Below the pieces are notes generated by a model. That model saw only the letters and a program-made list of their open reading frames with translations. It was not told where the DNA came from and ran no database searches. A DNA stretch of 62,827 bases, the filler included. It is 14 parts of 14 records of this genome, joined end to end, with 100 filler letters (N's around TTAATTAATTAA, not from the genome) between each part and the next. Parts side by side here need not be neighbours in the genome. Positions count along the whole stretch, not along the records: positions 59,455 to 62,827 come from SRR15195285_6899; 13 more parts are not named here. The stretch is one strand, 5' to 3'. The translations under genes were made by a program, and so were the position numbers. Below, in pieces: positions 59,455 through 62,827 of the stretch (position 1 is the stretch's first letter; the number at the start of each line of letters is the position of its first letter).

Positions 59455-61159
59455 AATCAGATATGCAACCAGTATTTCGGGGATCTCAGTTTAAAAGAGG
59501 GCGACGATTCAAGGAAGATCTGGGCTCACTTAAAGCAGAAAGCGATAAGATCCAGCCAGGAAGTGCGTGACGCTCAACGTGCGGCAGATGACCGACGTGC
59601 ACGCCTGGAAGCATTTGCGGCGGCGGCCGCTGACGAGGAGGCGGAAGCAGTCGAGAAGATGGCTGCATCACCAGCTGGGGAGAAGCCCGACGAGCCACTC
59701 GTGCACTGGGTTCACGAGCGGGGCTCGCTGCGGAATCTGCACGGCGACATAGACTCGTCGGTCTCGTCACTGGCGGCAACGGTGGCCTCCCTGCAAGCGA
59801 AGCTTGCGGCGGCTTCTGTGGAGCAAAACCAGACTCGTCGCACCTTCGAGGAGACCAAGCAGCAAGAAACGATCATGGCGGTGACTTTCCACAGCACCAT
59901 CATTCCATTTTACGCTCATTCGGATGTGCTTCTCTCATAGACTGATGCCTCTACTGTATGTGCACAGGAGGGGCGGAGTATTGCGACCGATGAGCTGACC
60001 TTGGCGATGAAAGCAATCGTCGAATGTCCCGCCACAACTAAGGATGCCAAGCCTAGGCGCTGGCAAGTACCAGTCAATCTCGTTGAACTATCACGTCTGA
60101 GCAGCGCTCTCCTGGCGGCGAAGAGACACGGCGTGGAGTCGAAGCTCGTACTGGATGGGGATCGGCTGATGAGGACGAAGCGGGCCGAGGCACGGCTTGC
60201 GATGCTGTACGCGACGTGCGAACAGCGCCATGATCCTGCAGCATGGGTCAAGTGCCGCCACGAGCTGCAACTCGATCCAGCGCTTGGTGGCCTGCTACCG
60301 CACTTATACCGAGGCTACGACGAAGCGCTAGCAGAAGATGCGGACGAGAACTTGCTGAACGATGCGCAGGCAATGAAGTTGAAGCTTGCGGCGACAGACG
60401 CAGAGGTTGCGAGGCTGGCAGCGGAGGAGCAGCGACGTCAAGAGCGGCTTGCAAAGAAGGCGGAGAACGAGGAGCACCTGCAGCACCAGCTCACCCTACG
60501 GAAACTCGCGCGCTGTGAGCTCGACACATCACGTGCATTTCGCAAGTGGTCTAGCCAGGGAAAGCGCAAAACTGTTCTAGAGCATCCGTCGCCTTTCCTC
60601 ACAGGTGGCACGTATGCGGCTGGTGGTGCGTATGCTACGTGTCCTGCTTTATGTGCACGCCACCGATGAGTCTGACTCGTAACCCATGCTTGCGATGTCA
60701 TCCGTCGCTGGTCTGTGATTGTGGTCACGTTGTTTCGTCTCGATGCGAACAGGCGTCTCCGCGAGCCCTCCAGCTGATTCCGCCCCTCCACGAACTGCTG
60801 ATGTGCAAACGACAGGTGCTGTGCATCGCCGTATCGCTGTTTGTTAACGCTGCAGTTTCGATGTGTGGAACTTACCCGCAAGTGTGTACTTGCACTGTGT
60901 GGCGTTTCTCCACTGTGGGGTTCAGGTCAGCAAAGACCGCAAGGCGGTGTGTGGTCACCAGGCTATAGGGATGATGAGCTCGCTGCACTCGCACCGGCGA
61001 GTGCGTCTGTTGCATTGCATTGAACGCTCGGACAGTCGTTTGGTGAGAGTGCTGCTTGTCGAGTGGGTGAAAAACGAGTTGAGTAAACCGAGACAACCGG
61101 CCAAAACGATTTTGGAGCACACCAAGCTGGCAGGTATGCAAAAGATAGTGCTGCTGTAG
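59455..61159 (+). CDS. Hypothetical coiled-coil protein, multi-exon, partial
   Basis: Exon-like ORFs 59563-59880, 59969-60604 and later short exons; no recognised domain. Confidence 0.4.
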
Positions 61160-61275
61160 TATTCGATGGTGCTGTGTACTCGTGCAACCCGACTTGCTGA
61201 TAGCACCTATTAGTTTATGTATCAGACAAAATGTACATGCACCACAGTCTTTCCAGGTCGGGTTTCCCATCAGTT

Positions 61276-62793
61276 TCAGTTGAAATGCGATTGAAACAAG
61301 GTGCTTGTGGGCGTGACTCCAGTGCTACTGCTGCTTGGCTGGTTTTTTGAGAGCCAGTCTGCAAGCTCTTGCCGCTTTGCACGTTCCTCGTGCGCGGCTG
61401 CTGGCAGGATTGGCACCTCGCCCACCAAGTTCTGCTGGTGAATGGCTGCCTGAACACTGCGCGCAGCCGATCGGCGGAACGAGCCGTTGGATGACCGCTG
61501 ACGAGACAGCTTTCCTCTGCCCTTGCTGCTTTTTCTTGGCGCTGTTCCTCCTGACCCTTCTGCTGTGTCGCTCGTGCGATCAAAAACGATTCGATCCGAG
61601 TCCCAGATGGACAGTGCCTCTTCCAGCTCGACTTGCTGCATCTCGTCCGCGAAAATCCCACGCAATTGGTCTTCAAGCAATTGGGCATGCATGTCTGTGC
61701 CAGCTTGCCCTGCCTGGTCGACACCGTGTCGAGGCGCGAACTCCCCTAATGCACCACGATACAGCTCGAACCACGCTTCTTGAGCGCTGCTGTGCAGCGC
61801 AGCGTACCCAACCTGACTTTCTAGCAGTAGTTCGTGTGCTCGCGGTGGCATAGACCTTTTGCTGTCATCTTGCTGCCATTCCGGCGTTTGCGACAACCTG
61901 GCGACAACCTCAGGTGTGATCGAGCGGCGCCCACCAGCGCTTGCTGTCACCGGCGGTGAGATGGCAACCACACCCTCCAGTCCCACACTTATCGCGTGAT
62001 TGGTCAGTGTTGCCTGTGCAGCAGCCACGGCATTTTTTGCTGCGGTTGCTCTGCTTGGAGTGGGCCAAAAATCAGGCTGAGGCGCCTCCCATGTGATGGC
62101 ATCGACCAACTCGTTCACACGTTTTAGCGCTGCGCAGTGTGGGATGGCCTTGAGCTCATCGCGGAGCTGCGACGTGTTGTGCGTAGCAAGACGCTCAGCT
62201 GCGCGCTGCTGCTGTGCGTCAGTCATATCATGTAGCGCTGGATATATCATTCTTTGATCCAGCCTGTCTCCCATGCGTGGAGCAGCCCCAGGTTCATCGG
62301 CGCCGACCCTCCTGCTAGCAAGTTCGTCAGCTGCAATGGAAGGCACAGTACGAGCCGCGCCAAGCCAACTGCGACTGGCCTCTGGCGGCTCAGCGTGTTC
62401 CACGCGACGCTGACAAAGCTTGCTGCTGTGACCCTGCTCGCCGCAGTATACACACAGACAGCTGCAAGCGCCGGTGCGACACTTGCAGACCTGTTGGCCC
62501 CCACTGATGCAGGATTCCGAAGGCACGCGTTGGCGTCGGCCAGACTTAACAACCACCGCGACCAGCTCATTCAACTCATCCTGCAGAGCAGCTCTCTGAC
62601 CCACCGAGCACGTCGCCGCGTGCTGTGCCAACTCCCTCATAGTGGCGAACCCATGCCTGGCAGCGAGCATGCGGCCGGCAGCGTGCTTGATCTGAGTGCG
62701 GCTCAGCGTCCGGCGGCGGCGCGACAGCGCACGTATCTCGGCATCGAAATTATCGGGACCGCCGTCCTGCGCGGACGATGCACCTGCGCCCAT
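61276..62793 (-). CDS. Hypothetical protein with N-myristoylation signal and CCHC zinc knuckle
   Basis: 505-aa ORF starting MGAGASS; CVYCGEQGHSSKLC (C-x2-C-x4-H-x4-C). Confidence 0.65.
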   Translation of the reverse strand: MGAGASSAQDGGPDNFDAEIRALSRRRRTLSRTQIKHAAGRMLAARHGFATMRELAQHAATCSVGQRAALQDELNELVAVVVKSGRRQRVPSESCISGGQQVCKCRTGACSCLCVYCGEQGHSSKLCQRRVEHAEPPEASRSWLGAARTVPSIAADELASRRVGADEPGAAPRMGDRLDQRMIYPALHDMTDAQQQRAAERLATHNTSQLRDELKAIPHCAALKRVNELVDAITWEAPQPDFWPTPSRATAAKNAVAAAQATLTNHAISVGLEGVVAISPPVTASAGGRRSITPEVVARLSQTPEWQQDDSKRSMPPRAHELLLESQVGYAALHSSAQEAWFELYRGALGEFAPRHGVDQAGQAGTDMHAQLLEDQLRGIFADEMQQVELEEALSIWDSDRIVFDRTSDTAEGSGGTAPRKSSKGRGKLSRQRSSNGSFRRSAARSVQAAIHQQNLVGEVPILPAAAHEERAKRQELADWLSKNQPSSSSTGVTPTSTLFQSHFN

Positions 62794-62827
62794 TGTCTGA
62801 TCTTGACGACCGAGACAACCGGCACCC

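Noticed and set aside
1-62827. rRNA, tRNA, CRISPR arrays, prokaryotic operons, viral hallmark genes
   Set aside because: None recognised by eye; the content is intron-containing eukaryotic genes. tRNAscan and Rfam were not run.

Overview
This window is not one locus. It is 14 unrelated contigs (about 3.4-6.5 kb each) joined by 13 artificial 100-nt linkers (N44-TTAATTAATTAA-N44), so gene neighbourhoods across linkers mean nothing. The DNA is GC-rich, gene-dense eukaryotic nuclear sequence with short GT-AG introns, probably from a flagellated marine protist SAG or MAG; the taxon cannot be established from this sequence. Recognisable genes are holocytochrome c synthase, CLASP, MMADHC-like, EFCAB9-like, a four-repeat Cav/Nav-like channel, a 2OG-Fe(II) oxygenase, an Sfi1-repeat protein, a Kelch protein, an EcKL kinase and several surface proteins. 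The most interesting observation is an intronless SAM + IRE1/RNase L-type kinase + KEN(HEPN) RNase. Others are an EFCAB9 (CatSper Ca2+ sensor) homologue, a channel with an apparent D/E/D/Q filter, several unusual domain fusions, an HMG-CoA-lyase pseudoenzyme, a probable copia-type PPT+LTR, and two contigs with exact 30-bp terminal inverted repeats (probably amplification or assembly fold-backs). All family calls are motif recognition by eye; no searches were run.
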